This document shows, one piece after another, positions 9,650 through 19,546 of a stretch of 64,000 nt of DNA. The stretch is from an uncultured Rhabdochlamydiaceae bacterium (GTDB lineage: Bacteria > Chlamydiota > Chlamydiia > Chlamydiales > Rhabdochlamydiaceae). How positions within the stretch are numbered: position 1 is the stretch's first letter; each line of letters starts with the position of its first letter. The notes under the pieces are model-generated. The model was given only the letters and a program-made list of their open reading frames with translations. It ran no database searches and was not told the DNA's origin. The position numbers and the translations under genes were made by a program. The stretch lies in contig CAVQHD010000001.1 of NCBI GenBank assembly GCA_963712275.1, positions 1,024,001-1,088,000 on the forward strand, written 5' to 3'.

Positions 9650-10520
9650 GACTTCTCGCAGGTTCTGTAAAGCGGCCTAAAAAGGAGTAGAAAAAAATAG
9701 CAGTGAGAAGAAGGATGGCGCAGCTGACTACCATGAAGGCAGCTCCAAGAGATCCTGTCCCTTCAGCGAGGATGTATTCTGAGACGACATTTCCCACAAA
9801 CATGATTTTGTCGCCTCCCATGAGAGAGGGAATAACAAACTCTCCAAAGGAAGGGATGTAGACTAAGAAAAATCCAGCGCGGATTCCTCGCATAGTGAGA
9901 GGAAGGATGATTTGCCGAAAGGTTTGAAACCATGTTGCGCCAAGATCAAAAGAGGCTTCGATAAGGCTCATGTTAAACCGCTCTAGCGATGAGTAAATGG
10001 GAAGGACCATGAAAGGGAGGTAGTAGTAGACCATCATGATCAGAATGGCAAAAGGAGTATTCAAAAGAACTAGAGGCTCTTGAATGAGTCCTAAGTGCAT
10101 GAGAAGGTTATTTAAAAAACCGTGTTTTTCAAGGACATAAAACCAGGCATACACATGGAGCAAGAAATTGGTCCAAAAAGGGATGAGAAGAAGAAATAAA
10201 AGGCCATTTTTAAATCTTTTTCCCCGAAAGGCAATAAAATAGGCGAGGGGATAGGCAATCAAAAAGCAGATGATGACATTTAAAATAGCTAGCAAAAGCG
10301 ATAACCCAATGACCCGGAGGTACAGAGGGTTTAGAAAGTGGGTGATTTTTTCAAAGGTGAGCCCCACAATTCCCCCTGAAATTCCAGGAGGGGAGACTTT
10401 GATAAAACTAGTCACCACGATTAAGAGAAGGGGGATGTAGAAAAATAGAATTTGCCAAACAATCGCTGGAATTCCAATAGAAAACGGATGTTCCGAAGAG
10501 AGAGGTTTTGGAAGCTTCAT
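9642..10520 (-). CDS. potB: Polyamine ABC transporter permease
   Basis: PFWTN, LPFMVLPIY and EASFDLGA motifs; start placed at ATG overlapping potA stop (ATGA). Confidence 0.9.
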   Translation of the reverse strand: MKLPKPLSSEHPFSIGIPAIVWQILFFYIPLLLIVVTSFIKVSPPGISGGIVGLTFEKITHFLNPLYLRVIGLSLLLAILNVIICFLIAYPLAYFIAFRGKRFKNGLLFLLLIPFWTNFLLHVYAWFYVLEKHGFLNNLLMHLGLIQEPLVLLNTPFAILIMMVYYYLPFMVLPIYSSLERFNMSLIEASFDLGATWFQTFRQIILPLTMRGIRAGFFLVYIPSFGEFVIPSLMGGDKIMFVGNVVSEYILAEGTGSLGAAFMVVSCAILLLTAIFFYSFLGRFTEPARSHG

Positions 10521-11611
10521 TTTTCTAAAATCACCACATTTTCTTTTTGCCAATAGAGGTTCACTTCATTGTCATAGTCAATGATTTCTTGAGGGAAGTG
10601 TTCTTCATTTTGCTCAAAGACCTGGAGTTTCAGGTGATTTTTAAGCACAATGTTATATTGTGTTGATCGCCCGTGGTAGACAATTGACTGAACAACTCCT
10701 TTTACTGTATTGGAAAAGTTTTTTACTTCTTTTTTGGAAATAAAGATCTTCTCAGGGCGGATGCTCATCAAAAGATCGGACCCTTCTTTCATCCACGGTT
10801 TTTTATGGGAGAGGAGTAGCTTAAACCGTCCCAAGTCTGGGATCTCGATCTCAGGCTCTGAGGAATCAAAATTTTTAAAGGCTCCACTCATGATGTTGGT
10901 TGTTCCTACAAATTTTGCCACAAAGGAAGAGTGGGGAAATTCGTAGATTTCTTTAGGGGTTCCAATCTGCTCGATTTCACCTCGATGGTTCATGATGGCC
11001 ATTTGGTCTGCCACCGTTAAGGCTTCAAATTGGTCATGGGTGACATAGACGAAGGTTGTTTTCAACTTATCTTGCAGTTCAATGAGCTCGATGAGCATTC
11101 GCTCACGTAGCTTAAAGTCAAGGGCGGCAAGAGGTTCATCGAGCAGAAGCACGTCAGGCTCATTGACAATCGCTCTTGCTAGAGCAACCCGTTGCTGCTG
11201 CCCTCCCGAAAGTTGGGCAGGGGATTTGTAAATATGATTTTCGAGGTGAAAAGCCTCGAGAATTTTAAACACTTTTTGCTCGATGATGACCTTGGGAAGC
11301 TTATTCAAGCGGAGGCTGTAGGCGATATTATCAAAGACGTTGAGATGGGGGAAAAGAGCGTAGTTTTGAAACACCATGTTAATAGGTCTTTCATGGATGG
11401 GAACATGCGTAATATCTTCATCGCCTAAGTAGAGTTTGCCTGAATCGGCTTTCTCAAGGCCTGCAATCAGGCGCAGCAGCGTTGTTTTGCCGCACCCGCT
11501 GGGGCCTAGCAGAGCAAAAAACTTTCCTGCGGGAATCGTGAAATTGATATCATTGATGATCAGGCCGTCGCCAATCGATTTTTTGAGTTTTTCGATCTTA
11601 ACACTACGCAT
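10517..11611 (-). CDS. potA: Polyamine ABC transporter ATP-binding protein
   Basis: GPSGCGKT Walker A, LSGGQQQR signature, [12 protein letters not shown]-terminal TOBE-like region. Confidence 0.92.
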   Translation of the reverse strand: MRSVKIEKLKKSIGDGLIINDINFTIPAGKFFALLGPSGCGKTTLLRLIAGLEKADSGKLYLGDEDITHVPIHERPINMVFQNYALFPHLNVFDNIAYSLRLNKLPKVIIEQKVFKILEAFHLENHIYKSPAQLSGGQQQRVALARAIVNEPDVLLLDEPLAALDFKLRERMLIELIELQDKLKTTFVYVTHDQFEALTVADQMAIMNHRGEIEQIGTPKEIYEFPHSSFVAKFVGTTNIMSGAFKNFDSSEPEIEIPDLGRFKLLLSHKKPWMKEGSDLLMSIRPEKIFISKKEVKNFSNTVKGVVQSIVYHGRSTQYNIVLKNHLKLQVFEQNEEHFPQEIIDYDNEVNLYWQKENVVILEK

Positions 11612-11678
11612 GTAAAAATACTAATGGATCTCGCGACTTTGTTGCAAAAATTTTCACAGACTTGATACCATACACCCC

Positions 11679-12635
11679 ATGGCAAAAAGAAAAATCATCA
11701 TTGTTGGATCAGGTCCTGCCTCTTACACAGCGGCTATTTATGCGGCGAGAGCGAGTCTTTCCCCTCTTGTCTATGAAGGGTTTTATGCAGGGCCTGCCGG
11801 AGGACAGCTCATGACGACAACCGATGTCGAGAACTATCCTGGGTTTCCAGAAGGGGTGATGGGGCCAGCGCTCATAGACCTTTTCAGGAAGCAGGCGGAG
11901 AAATTTGGGACCTCTTTCATAACGGAAGATGTGACTCGCGTCGATTTGAAAGTCCACCCTTTTGTCGTCGAGTCTTCCTCGGGAAGCCACTCTGCAGAGG
12001 CGCTCATTATTGCAACAGGAGCTCGTGCTCGGCGACTGGATGTTCCTGGAACAGCAGATCATGAATACTGGCAGAAGGGGGTTACAGCCTGCGCCGTATG
12101 CGATGGAGCAATGCCGATCTTTCGAGAGAAACACCTCTACGTAATTGGTGGGGGAGACACAGCCATTGAAGAAGCGCTCTTTTTAACCAAGTTTGGAAGT
12201 AAAGTCTTTATTGTCCATCGGCGGGATGAGTTTCGCGCTTCCAAAATTATGGCAGAGAGAGCGCTGAAACATCCCAAGATCCGTGTTCTATGGAATCATG
12301 TTCTTGCTCGTGTTGAAGGAGATACCGTCGTCCGTTCTGTCACATTGAAAAATGTCCTATCGGGTACCGAAACGACTCAGCAAGCAGGAGGAGTTTTCTT
12401 TGCCATTGGACATGAACCTAATACCTCTTTTTTAGAAGGGCAGGTGGCCCTTGAGCCGAATGGGTATATCCAAGTGGTGAAAGGGACAACTCGGACAAGT
12501 GTGGAAGGGGTTTTTGCCGCAGGGGATGTGCAAGATCCTCATTACCGGCAAGCTGTCACAGCTGCTGGAAGCGGGTGTATGGCTGCACTCGATGCAGAGC
12601 GGTGGCTTGTGGTGCACGAAAATGTCTCTGCGTAG
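11679..12635 (+). CDS. trxB: Thioredoxin reductase
   Basis: GSGPA, CAVCDG, GGGDTA and FAAGD motifs. Confidence 0.97.
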   Translation: MAKRKIIIVGSGPASYTAAIYAARASLSPLVYEGFYAGPAGGQLMTTTDVENYPGFPEGVMGPALIDLFRKQAEKFGTSFITEDVTRVDLKVHPFVVESSSGSHSAEALIIATGARARRLDVPGTADHEYWQKGVTACAVCDGAMPIFREKHLYVIGGGDTAIEEALFLTKFGSKVFIVHRRDEFRASKIMAERALKHPKIRVLWNHVLARVEGDTVVRSVTLKNVLSGTETTQQAGGVFFAIGHEPNTSFLEGQVALEPNGYIQVVKGTTRTSVEGVFAAGDVQDPHYRQAVTAAGSGCMAALDAERWLVVHENVSA

Positions 12636-13431
12636 ATTCATTTTACTTTTACCTCTGTCGCTTTTTGGGCTTGAAAGGGTTCCATGGTTTTGTAACGTGT
12701 GGGAATTTACATTCACTCCGGCCTACACCTACAGTCGATATCCCCGAGTGCAAAATGGATATCCATCATTTCAAAACCCCTCCAATGACCATCTTCTCTC
12801 ATTTGATCTGGCGGTCTCTCCTTCGCCCAGCTGGGAGCTGGACCTTGAAGTGGAGTTTGCAGACACGCCTCGGCAGTCGATGGGGCTTCGCAGCAGCGCG
12901 CTTCAAGCTCGCTATCTGTGGCTCAATGATCTTCTAGGCGATCCTATCTCCTTGACTATCGGAGGGGTGATTCGAGGTGTTTCCCGCCACAGTTTGAAAG
13001 ATGTCAGCTGTCCCTACCAATCAGATATTAACTTTGAGGCTAACTCAGCGATAGGCCGCGAATGGGATCACGGAGCCGCTTGGAGAGTGCGGACCTTTGG
13101 GGGAGCTTCTCTCGGGGTTGCAAACCATGGAATGCCGTGGATGTCCCTGTTTGCAGTGATTGAAGGGCAAGGGCATGAGAGGCACCGCTTAGGACTCTTT
13201 TTTGAAGGGGCGGCAGGATTTGGGCACAAGACCGATGTCTTCATCGACCATTTTCATGGATACGCCTCCATCCGGCACCGCAACCTCGACGCAGGGCTTA
13301 AATACACCTACGCCTTTGAAATTTGGGGCCATCTGTCACTGGCCTATACTCGAAGACTCTATGCCCGCAGCTTCCCCGAGCAGGTGAATTTCTTCACCAT
13401 CTCCTATATGCTTCCTTTTTCGCTTTTTTAG
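12622..13431 (+). CDS. Putative outer-membrane beta-barrel protein
   Basis: Signal-like [16 protein letters not shown] from ATG 12622; amphipathic beta strands; C-terminal Phe. Confidence 0.65.
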   Translation: MSLRRFILLLPLSLFGLERVPWFCNVWEFTFTPAYTYSRYPRVQNGYPSFQNPSNDHLLSFDLAVSPSPSWELDLEVEFADTPRQSMGLRSSALQARYLWLNDLLGDPISLTIGGVIRGVSRHSLKDVSCPYQSDINFEANSAIGREWDHGAAWRVRTFGGASLGVANHGMPWMSLFAVIEGQGHERHRLGLFFEGAAGFGHKTDVFIDHFHGYASIRHRNLDAGLKYTYAFEIWGHLSLAYTRRLYARSFPEQVNFFTISYMLPFSLF

Positions 13432-13528
13432 CAAGCCGTTCATTATAAGCAAGTTAAATCGTCATCTTACGCGAAACAGGAAAAAGACGATTTCGCGTAA
13501 GTTATGATCTTGCTATAAACTTACGCGA
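13432..13528. promoter_or_regulatory. Operator-like CTTACGCGA repeat array plus 25-bp imperfect palindrome
   Basis: cttacgcgaaa 13466-76 / tttcgcgtaag 13491-501 inverted pair, third copy 13520-28; lies between convergent genes. Confidence 0.45.
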
Positions 13529-13547
13529 GTAGACTTCAGCGAGCAAC

Positions 13548-13925
13548 TTAAAGTCTAACATAGAGCGCAACGGTCGAGACATAATCTCGGCAGTGGCTCA
13601 TGGAAAGAAGTACGTGGGGATTTTGAAAGTGTTCTTGGACTTTTAAGGAGAACGACACGATAGGTTTCCCTGCTTCATCATGGGAGATTTCGATATCGAG
13701 CCAGCCGATCTTGCCGCCTATTCCACAGCCGAGGGCTTTGGTAATCGATTCTTTGGCTGAGAAACGGGCTGCAAATTGGGGGATGGGGTCTTGATGCTTT
13801 CGGCAGTAGGCTTGTTCTAGGGGTGTGAAGATCCGTTCAATGAACGGCTCTCCAATTTTCGAGATCGCATCACGAACACGGGCAATTTCAAGGATGTCGG
13901 TTCCAATCCCAAAAGGAGTCATCAA
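13548..13925 (-). CDS. acpS: Holo-ACP synthase
   Basis: GIGTDI, AARFSAKES and SMSH motifs. Confidence 0.96.
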   Translation of the reverse strand: MMTPFGIGTDILEIARVRDAISKIGEPFIERIFTPLEQAYCRKHQDPIPQFAARFSAKESITKALGCGIGGKIGWLDIEISHDEAGKPIVSFSLKVQEHFQNPHVLLSMSHCRDYVSTVALYVRL

Positions 13926-14995
13926 TCCTCGTCCATGGGGGAGTCTGAGAAAGAATCGCCTTCCTCTTTATCTGCTAGGTTACAGAAAATCATGCGGCCT
14001 GAAGAGGTATGGATCACAGAGATCACGCGCGCCTCAACGATTTCGTCGATAAAATCGCCACCGCCATTGACAACGACCATGGTTCCATCGTCAAGGTTGC
14101 CAACTCCTTGGCGAGGCTCTTTTCCGCGCCGTTGAATGCGGATTCGAACAAGTTCTCCACCTTGCATGAGCGGCTTTAGCGCGTTTGAGAGGGCATGGAG
14201 ATTGATGACTGTGATTCCTTCAATGGTTGCCATCTGGACACGGCTGATATCAGAACTTAAGATATTTGCATCGAGGAGCCGGGCAAGCCTGACGACCTTT
14301 CCGTTCATTTCTTTCACTTCTGGAAAATCTGTTTCATGATAACGCATTTCTAAGTTGGGCATTGCCTCGAGTTTTTTGACAACCTCAAGACACCGCTTTG
14401 CCTTATTTCGCGTCACTTCATCTCCGAGCTCTGATTGTGCATAAAGCTCTTTGACGACGAAGTGGGGAAGCACCAATTGATGGTTGAGCAGGCCAGTAGA
14501 GGCAAGATCAATCATGCGAGGATCTGCAAGAACCGAGATATCGACGACAAGATCTTTCTTTTTATGGGAGACTTGCGTGAATCTGACAAATGGAATGCTG
14601 ACATAGAGCTCATCACTCGAGCGAAGGGTCATGATGGTTCCAAGATAGACGCCGAATAAGATGACCCCAATTTTAATCAGTTCAACCGTATGAGGTTGTA
14701 GAAGCACTCCAATGGAGCTAACCTCTAAAATAGCATGAAAGATAAGCGCGAGCGCTTGCCCCATCAAATATCCAATAAAGATACCTAAGATTGCAATGTT
14801 GAACGACCTTAGGTTAAAGCGGCGGAAAAAGAGATCGAACCCAATTAAAACCATTCCAAAGACAAAGCCGATTCCTATGCCAAAAACGATATTAAAGGCG
14901 GTTTTCCCAGTGGGAAGCGAAATCATGAAAAGAGTCATGAAGACGATGCTGAGAAGAGTAAACAAGGTCCGCAGAAAGGTGAGTGAAATATTCAT
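13922..14995 (-). CDS. Membrane protein with PIN and TRAM domains (YacL-like)
   Basis: Four TM helices, DISVLADPR PIN-like start, GKEPRQGVGNLDDGTMVVV TRAM motif; start placed at ATG 14995. Confidence 0.88.
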   Translation of the reverse strand: MNISLTFLRTLFTLLSIVFMTLFMISLPTGKTAFNIVFGIGIGFVFGMVLIGFDLFFRRFNLRSFNIAILGIFIGYLMGQALALIFHAILEVSSIGVLLQPHTVELIKIGVILFGVYLGTIMTLRSSDELYVSIPFVRFTQVSHKKKDLVVDISVLADPRMIDLASTGLLNHQLVLPHFVVKELYAQSELGDEVTRNKAKRCLEVVKKLEAMPNLEMRYHETDFPEVKEMNGKVVRLARLLDANILSSDISRVQMATIEGITVINLHALSNALKPLMQGGELVRIRIQRRGKEPRQGVGNLDDGTMVVVNGGGDFIDEIVEARVISVIHTSSGRMIFCNLADKEEGDSFSDSPMDED

Positions 14996-15216
14996 AGAAT
15001 GATAGTCCTTTTTTGACGAAAGTCTATCGGGTGCCCTCTTTTTGGACAAGTTCTTGTCTGTTGGAAATTACTGTCTCGGTATACATATTTTTTTCTTCCA
15101 TCTATTTGGCAGTGAAAAAAGACATATTAAATATTTTATGATAAATTTTGCGCGAAAAAAAATCTGATTTTTTTCATTCCCTCAGAGGGAGAATTTTTTT
15201 AGCGGGAATTGCCGGC

Positions 15217-15405
15217 TTTGTCGCGCGGCGTTATGCTATCATAAAGTCCGCGCAACAAACAAGAATTAGAGTTTTTAACGCGATGTTTAAGAAATGAAAA
15301 CGTCGCGCTTAAATCGTGAATTCATATCTGTCGCGCGAGATTTTAAAAAAATAAACACCGCGCGACAGAGAAAATTTAAATAAGCGCTTGAAAATAAGAT
15401 ACTTA
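15217..15405. repeat. Array of three CGCG-core inverted repeats followed by 25-bp imperfect palindrome
   Basis: tttgtcgcgcgg/ccgcgcaacaaa, cgcgatgttt/aaacgtcgcg, tctgtcgcgcg/cgcgcgacaga; taagcgcttgaaaataagatactta at 15381-15405. Confidence 0.7.
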
Positions 15406-15436
15406 TCCCAAAAATCGATATTTTGTAGACGCCATC

Positions 15437-18400
15437 TTATTGCGAACAGGAGCCTGTAGGGTTAACTGTGCCGATGGTTTCGATTTCACCTGTATTTGTG
15501 GTGTCGTCCGATCCGGCTGTTCGGTTGAATGTACCTCCATTAATTTGCTCGAATAGATAAGGAGATGGGCTTGAAGGGGGTGTTGCTATATTGCCGGTAA
15601 AATTTAGGCATAGTGCCCCTGGGCCAACGGTAATGCTGCTTGCAAAGCCATTTGCCAAACCGGTGGTACCGCTAAAGGTGTTTCCAGTTATATTCGCTGA
15701 AACATCGGCGGCATTATTGTTCAACGTATAGTTAATGCCGTAGCTATTATCAAGCCCGCTGAATGTGCCTCCAGAAGAGCTGAAGGTGTCGATCGTGCTT
15801 GCGTTGAAAATGCCTGTGCTAGTATTACTAATATCGCTAAAAGCGTTTCCAGAAGAATTAAAGGCGGTGATTATGCCTCTGTTGAAAATGCCATTGCTCT
15901 GATCATTAATATTGTTAAAGGTATTGTTAGAAGAGTTGAAAGTGCCGATCGTGCTGCTGATGTTGAAAATGCCTTCGCTATTATCAGTAATATTGCTAAA
16001 GATATTGCCAGAAGAGCTGAAAGTGCCGATTGTGCCGCCGCTGTCATTGAGAATGCCAATGCTAACATCACTAATATCGCTAAAGGTATTGCCAGAAGAG
16101 CTGAAGGTGTAGATTGTGCCTCCGATGTTGTAAATGCCATTGCTAGTATTATTCAAAGCGCTAAAGGTATCGCCAGAAGAATTGAAGGAGCTGATCGTTG
16201 CATTGTTGATAATACCATTAGCATGATTAATATTGCTAAAGGTATTGCCAGAAGAATTGAAGAAGCTGATTGTACCAAAGTTGGTAATACCAGTGCCACC
16301 ATGACTAATATTGCTAAAGGTATCGCCACAAGAGCTGAAGGTGTTGATTATGCCGCCGTTGATAATGCCTATGCTAATACCACTAATATTGCTAAAGGTA
16401 TTGCCAGAAGAGCCAAAGGTGCCGATTGTACCTTCAGTGTTGCCAATGCCTACGCCATCATTAATATTGCTAAAGGTATCGCCAGAAGAACTGAAAGTGT
16501 CAATTGTGCCTATGTTCCAAATGCCGGCGGCGAAATTAACATCGCTAAAGATATTTCCAGAAGAGCTGAAGGTGCCGATTGTGCCTTCGTTGTATATACC
16601 AAAGCTAATCTCAATAAGATCGCTAAAGGTATTTCCAGAAGCATTGAAGGCGGTGATTATGCCGCCGCCATTGTAAATGCCTGCGCTATTACTAGTACTA
16701 CTAATATTGCTAAAGGTATTTCCAGAAGCATTGAAGGCGGTGATTATGCCTCCGTTGTAAATGCCGTTACTACCAGTACTAATATTGCTAAAGATGTTTC
16801 CAAAAGCATTGAAGACGGTGATTGTAGCGGAGTCGTTGTATATGCCATCACCACCACTTAGATCGCTGAAGGTGTTGCCAGAAGCGCTATAGGTGGCGAT
16901 TAGACCGCTGTTGTAGGTGAAAATCCCATTTCCTCCAAGCCCTCCTCCGTTTCGGCTGAGGTTGCTGAAAGAGCTTCCTGTGACATTCAGGAGATCCAGG
17001 GTACTACCGCTATCAAGTTGGATGTAGATCCCATTGCCGTTATTACTACCATCATTGCACGTAAATCCATTAAAGGTGCTGCTGTCAATGAGGACTTGGC
17101 CAGAGGGGTTGATCAAAGAGATCCCATTTGTCGTAATGGTGGTAGATGAGACAAAGAGGTTGTGATCGGCAGTGAGATTGGAGATTCCGTTTCCATAGAT
17201 GCCGTTTGCAGTCGTGTCTACAGTCGGCATCATAGAGAATCCTGAGACGGTGTTATTATTGCCCAAAGTGACGATATTTCCGGCACCTGTCGTGTTGGCA
17301 ATATTCGGCAAGCTAGAGGCCATAGGCGGGATGATGATGGTGCCTCTTGTCGTTGGGATGGAATGCGCTATAGAGGCGCCAAGAAATAGCTGGCCGTCTT
17401 GTAGAAGAATGCCGCTGGACATGCCGTTTGTCGTTCCATCGCCTGGGTATACGTAGATGCCTTGGTTTGCCGATGAGGCATTTTGCGCATCTAGAAGCGT
17501 TGAGAAGGGGTTCTCATATGTACCGGCTGAATGGCTGGTGTTGTCCACAAACCAGAAAACCCAAGGTTTTCCTGTTTCTGGATTGATGGCAGGAGAGGTG
17601 GTGCTCTGCCTTCCCACGGGGATGATCTCATTGCGATCCACCCTCTGCACCGCGCGCCTTTGCAAGGTCATCGCATGTGGACAAGATTTGCCTACTTGGT
17701 TCTTCCCTCCAAAGGAGATATTTAGACTGATTTGCGCCTGGCCAGTCCACTTGAAGAAGTGATCGTAGGCGGTGATGCCTTCAATGCGCAAGTACCGATT
17801 GAATAGTTCGATGTTAGCGCGAAGCTTTCCTCCCCACGTCGTTTTACCCACCCCCGTCAAATAATAGGGGCCTCCTGCAAAGTAAAGCGGTGTTTTGTCT
17901 TTTTTGAAATCCACATGAAAACCCACTTCCGCATTTGCACCCTTCATGGCAAAATCCCGTTTGTTTGTGATAAGCATGGAATTGCCTTGAAAAGCGTAAA
18001 ATGTGCTGCGGTGAAAATAAGGACTTTCTTTGCGTCCTATTGGAAAGTAGCCATTGATCCGGAAGTCCCAGATCCTGCCTAGAGATTCAAGTCCAGCGGA
18101 GACTTGATTGTAGTGCTGATGGGACGTATTGCGATAGTCGTAATAGCCATTCACTCCCCACACACGCGAGGAGCCTAGGCGCCGCAGGCCAATGCCTGCG
18201 TTGGCCGCGAGCTTGCCATTGTCAAACACATGTCCGCGCAGATCCAGGAAGGGAAGCCAACCGCCCTTAAGAATGTTCGGAGCGAGAAAAATCTCCTGTG
18301 TCGTATAGCCGGTTTTATAGCCGATTCCTTTGGGGGTGGAGTAACGGATAGAAGCGTGCATAGGCTGCACACCGCAATTGGTATCTACCACAGCCCCCAA

Positions 18401-18457
18401 TATAGGACCGCAGCAGAGCATCCAAAGAAGAGAGCATTGAAAAGGACCTATGCGCAT
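15437..18457 (-). CDS. Inverse-autotransporter-like protein: N-terminal beta-barrel plus parallel beta-helix repeats
   Basis: Signal peptide; ANAGIGLR...GVNGYYDYR...WDFRINGYFP barrel motifs; GTYENPF motif; about 17 repeats GIxNxGxIxxFxSSGNTFSNI. Confidence 0.85.
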   Translation of the reverse strand: MRIGPFQCSLLWMLCCGPILGAVVDTNCGVQPMHASIRYSTPKGIGYKTGYTTQEIFLAPNILKGGWLPFLDLRGHVFDNGKLAANAGIGLRRLGSSRVWGVNGYYDYRNTSHQHYNQVSAGLESLGRIWDFRINGYFPIGRKESPYFHRSTFYAFQGNSMLITNKRDFAMKGANAEVGFHVDFKKDKTPLYFAGGPYYLTGVGKTTWGGKLRANIELFNRYLRIEGITAYDHFFKWTGQAQISLNISFGGKNQVGKSCPHAMTLQRRAVQRVDRNEIIPVGRQSTTSPAINPETGKPWVFWFVDNTSHSAGTYENPFSTLLDAQNASSANQGIYVYPGDGTTNGMSSGILLQDGQLFLGASIAHSIPTTRGTIIIPPMASSLPNIANTTGAGNIVTLGNNNTVSGFSMMPTVDTTANGIYGNGISNLTADHNLFVSSTTITTNGISLINPSGQVLIDSSTFNGFTCNDGSNNGNGIYIQLDSGSTLDLLNVTGSSFSNLSRNGGGLGGNGIFTYNSGLIATYSASGNTFSDLSGGDGIYNDSATITVFNAFGNIFSNISTGSNGIYNGGIITAFNASGNTFSNISSTSNSAGIYNGGGIITAFNASGNTFSDLIEISFGIYNEGTIGTFSSSGNIFSDVNFAAGIWNIGTIDTFSSSGDTFSNINDGVGIGNTEGTIGTFGSSGNTFSNISGISIGIINGGIINTFSSCGDTFSNISHGGTGITNFGTISFFNSSGNTFSNINHANGIINNATISSFNSSGDTFSALNNTSNGIYNIGGTIYTFSSSGNTFSDISDVSIGILNDSGGTIGTFSSSGNIFSNITDNSEGIFNISSTIGTFNSSNNTFNNINDQSNGIFNRGIITAFNSSGNAFSDISNTSTGIFNASTIDTFSSSGGTFSGLDNSYGINYTLNNNAADVSANITGNTFSGTTGLANGFASSITVGPGALCLNFTGNIATPPSSPSPYLFEQINGGTFNRTAGSDDTTNTGEIETIGTVNPTGSCSQ

Positions 18458-18656
18458 AGTGAACTACCTTACATCCCAAACATAGTTGTGATTATCTTTT
18501 TTAGCAAAAAATATCCAATAAAAAAATTTAATCACAATATTCCCTGGATAAAACGTGAATCAAATCACATTTTATACAGGGAAAAACGTGAATCTGGTAC
18601 ACTAAAGATGCTAAACTTGGTTATTTCAGAATTCAAGAAATGGATGTTTACATATT

Positions 18657-19124
18657 ATGAGTCTACGGAAATGGATTTGTTTTTCAGGGGTTTTATGGCT
18701 GGCCATTGGATCGCTTCTCATGGTTAAGGGATTGAGGTGGCTTGCGCAGGCGGCTATAGCTTCTGAACAGACGCCCCTTGTCGGGTGGGTCTCATCTCTT
18801 GTCGGTTCGCGTCCTCAAGGGGCGCTTCTTGTGATTGCAGTTGCCCTTTTCATTGGACTGGTGAAGGGGCGTACGGTTCTTTCAAAGACAGTATTTCGGG
18901 TTGTATCGCGACTGAAGTCTCAAACGGTTCCTATTCGGTTGTCTAATCTCTACGATCGTCGTTATTATCTAATCTTAGGATCGATGATGGGATTGGGTCT
19001 TTTATTCCGATTCCTGCCCATTCCTCTAGACATTAGGGGAGCGATCGATGTGATAATTGGATCTGCTCTGATCAATGGCGCAATGATTTATTTCCGAGAA
19101 GCCTTGATGCCTAAAACTATTTAA
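18657..19124 (+). CDS. Hypothetical integral membrane protein
   Basis: Four hydrophobic segments; fills the gap between neighbours. Confidence 0.75.
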   Translation: MSLRKWICFSGVLWLAIGSLLMVKGLRWLAQAAIASEQTPLVGWVSSLVGSRPQGALLVIAVALFIGLVKGRTVLSKTVFRVVSRLKSQTVPIRLSNLYDRRYYLILGSMMGLGLLFRFLPIPLDIRGAIDVIIGSALINGAMIYFREALMPKTI

Positions 19125-19546
19125 CGGTGATAACGGCTTCCTTTGTCGATTTCGAAGACGCGGTAGAGTTGCTCAAGGAGCAGCAGCCGGGTGATTTGGC
19201 CTGTAAAGGTCAGAGGTGAAAGACTCCATAGGAAGGAGGCATTTTTTTTGGTGCGCTCAGAAAGGCCATCCGGTCCTCCGATGACAAAGATGAACCGCCC
19301 TTTCCACTCTTCACTTTTTTTGAACAAGTAGCGTGAAAACTGAAGGGTGTCAAATAATTTTCCATGGGGATCAAGGGCAATGAACTTTTGCTGCGCGCTA
19401 CAAAGTTCTTCAAGTTGAAACTCATTTTTTGCTAAGATCCATTCGAGTTGGCAGCTCGAGGTCAGGCGCTTTTGATATTCATCAAGCGCTTCTTGAAGCC
19501 AAGTCTCTTTGTTTTTACCTACGGTGAGGATTTTAATTTTAAGCAT
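19121..19546 (-). CDS. rlmH: 23S rRNA (pseudouridine-1915-N3)-methyltransferase
   Basis: KIKILTVGK, FVIGGPDG, LLEQLYR and C-terminal YH SPOUT motifs. Confidence 0.93.
   Translation of the reverse strand: MLKIKILTVGKNKETWLQEALDEYQKRLTSSCQLEWILAKNEFQLEELCSAQQKFIALDPHGKLFDTLQFSRYLFKKSEEWKGRFIFVIGGPDGLSERTKKNASFLWSLSPLTFTGQITRLLLLEQLYRVFEIDKGSRYHR

Noticed and set aside
15800..16900. Regular ~80-bp repeats resembling a CRISPR array, and repetitive antisense ORFs
   Set aside because: Repeats are degenerate, in frame and coding for the beta-helix; no unique spacers or cas genes
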